From a virus (Duplodnaviria; Heunggongvirae; Uroviricota; Caudoviricetes): a stretch of 43,775 bases of DNA. The position numbers were made by a program, and so were the translations under genes. The stretch's first letter is position 1, and every line of letters begins with the position of its first letter. The notes below the pieces were generated by a model. That model was not told the origin of the DNA. It did no database searches and saw only the letters and a list, made by a program, of their open reading frames with translations. Below, piece by piece: positions 43,753 to 43,775 of this stretch. The stretch covers positions 64,001-107,775 of IMG/VR virus record IMGVR_UViG_3300022305_001387. One strand, 5' to 3'.

Positions 43753-43775
43753 AATAAATTTGGTTGGTCTCTATC

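Noticed and set aside
1-43775. tRNA, rRNA, tmRNA, intron or intein sequences
   Set aside because: No cloverleaf with a T-loop (GTTCRA) context was seen by eye. Terminase, portal, primase and capsid are uninterrupted and of normal size. tRNAscan-SE/Infernal would be needed to exclude them fully.

Overview
Very AT-rich (under about 30% GC by eye), gene-dense segment of a large T4-like myophage. No RNA genes, CRISPR arrays or mobile elements were seen. Layout: (i) 1-7300, minus strand: baseplate genes (gp6-, gp25-, gp5-like), a gp55-like sigma factor, an HD phosphohydrolase and a glutaredoxin. (ii) A 360-bp structured divergent intergenic region, then primase and a PD-(D/E)xK exonuclease. (iii) 9404-17533: an accessory block with a zeta-like P-loop kinase, a HIGH nucleotidyltransferase, an HExxH+HAD fusion, a ferritin-like protein, a nuclease-like protein, a GNAT-like protein and hypotheticals, most carrying N-terminal 'L-x-x-L-L-x-E' leaders. 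(iv) A membrane protein pair, terminase, portal, core proteins, prohead protease, scaffold, major capsid, PhoH, neck and tail-terminator genes. (v) A Ser/Thr/Gly-rich fibre/adhesin cluster. Main candidate novelty (inferred, not shown): a capsid-packaged, protease-matured enzyme cargo, possibly including a NadR-like kinase + adenylyltransferase pair. It is expressed from a strand-oriented ATATTTAT motif, the reverse complement of the T4 late promoter. There are also three candidate structured RNA elements. A Bacteroidota host is inferred from the absence of Shine-Dalgarno sequences and a Q-rule signal peptide. All product calls come from motif reading, not database searches.
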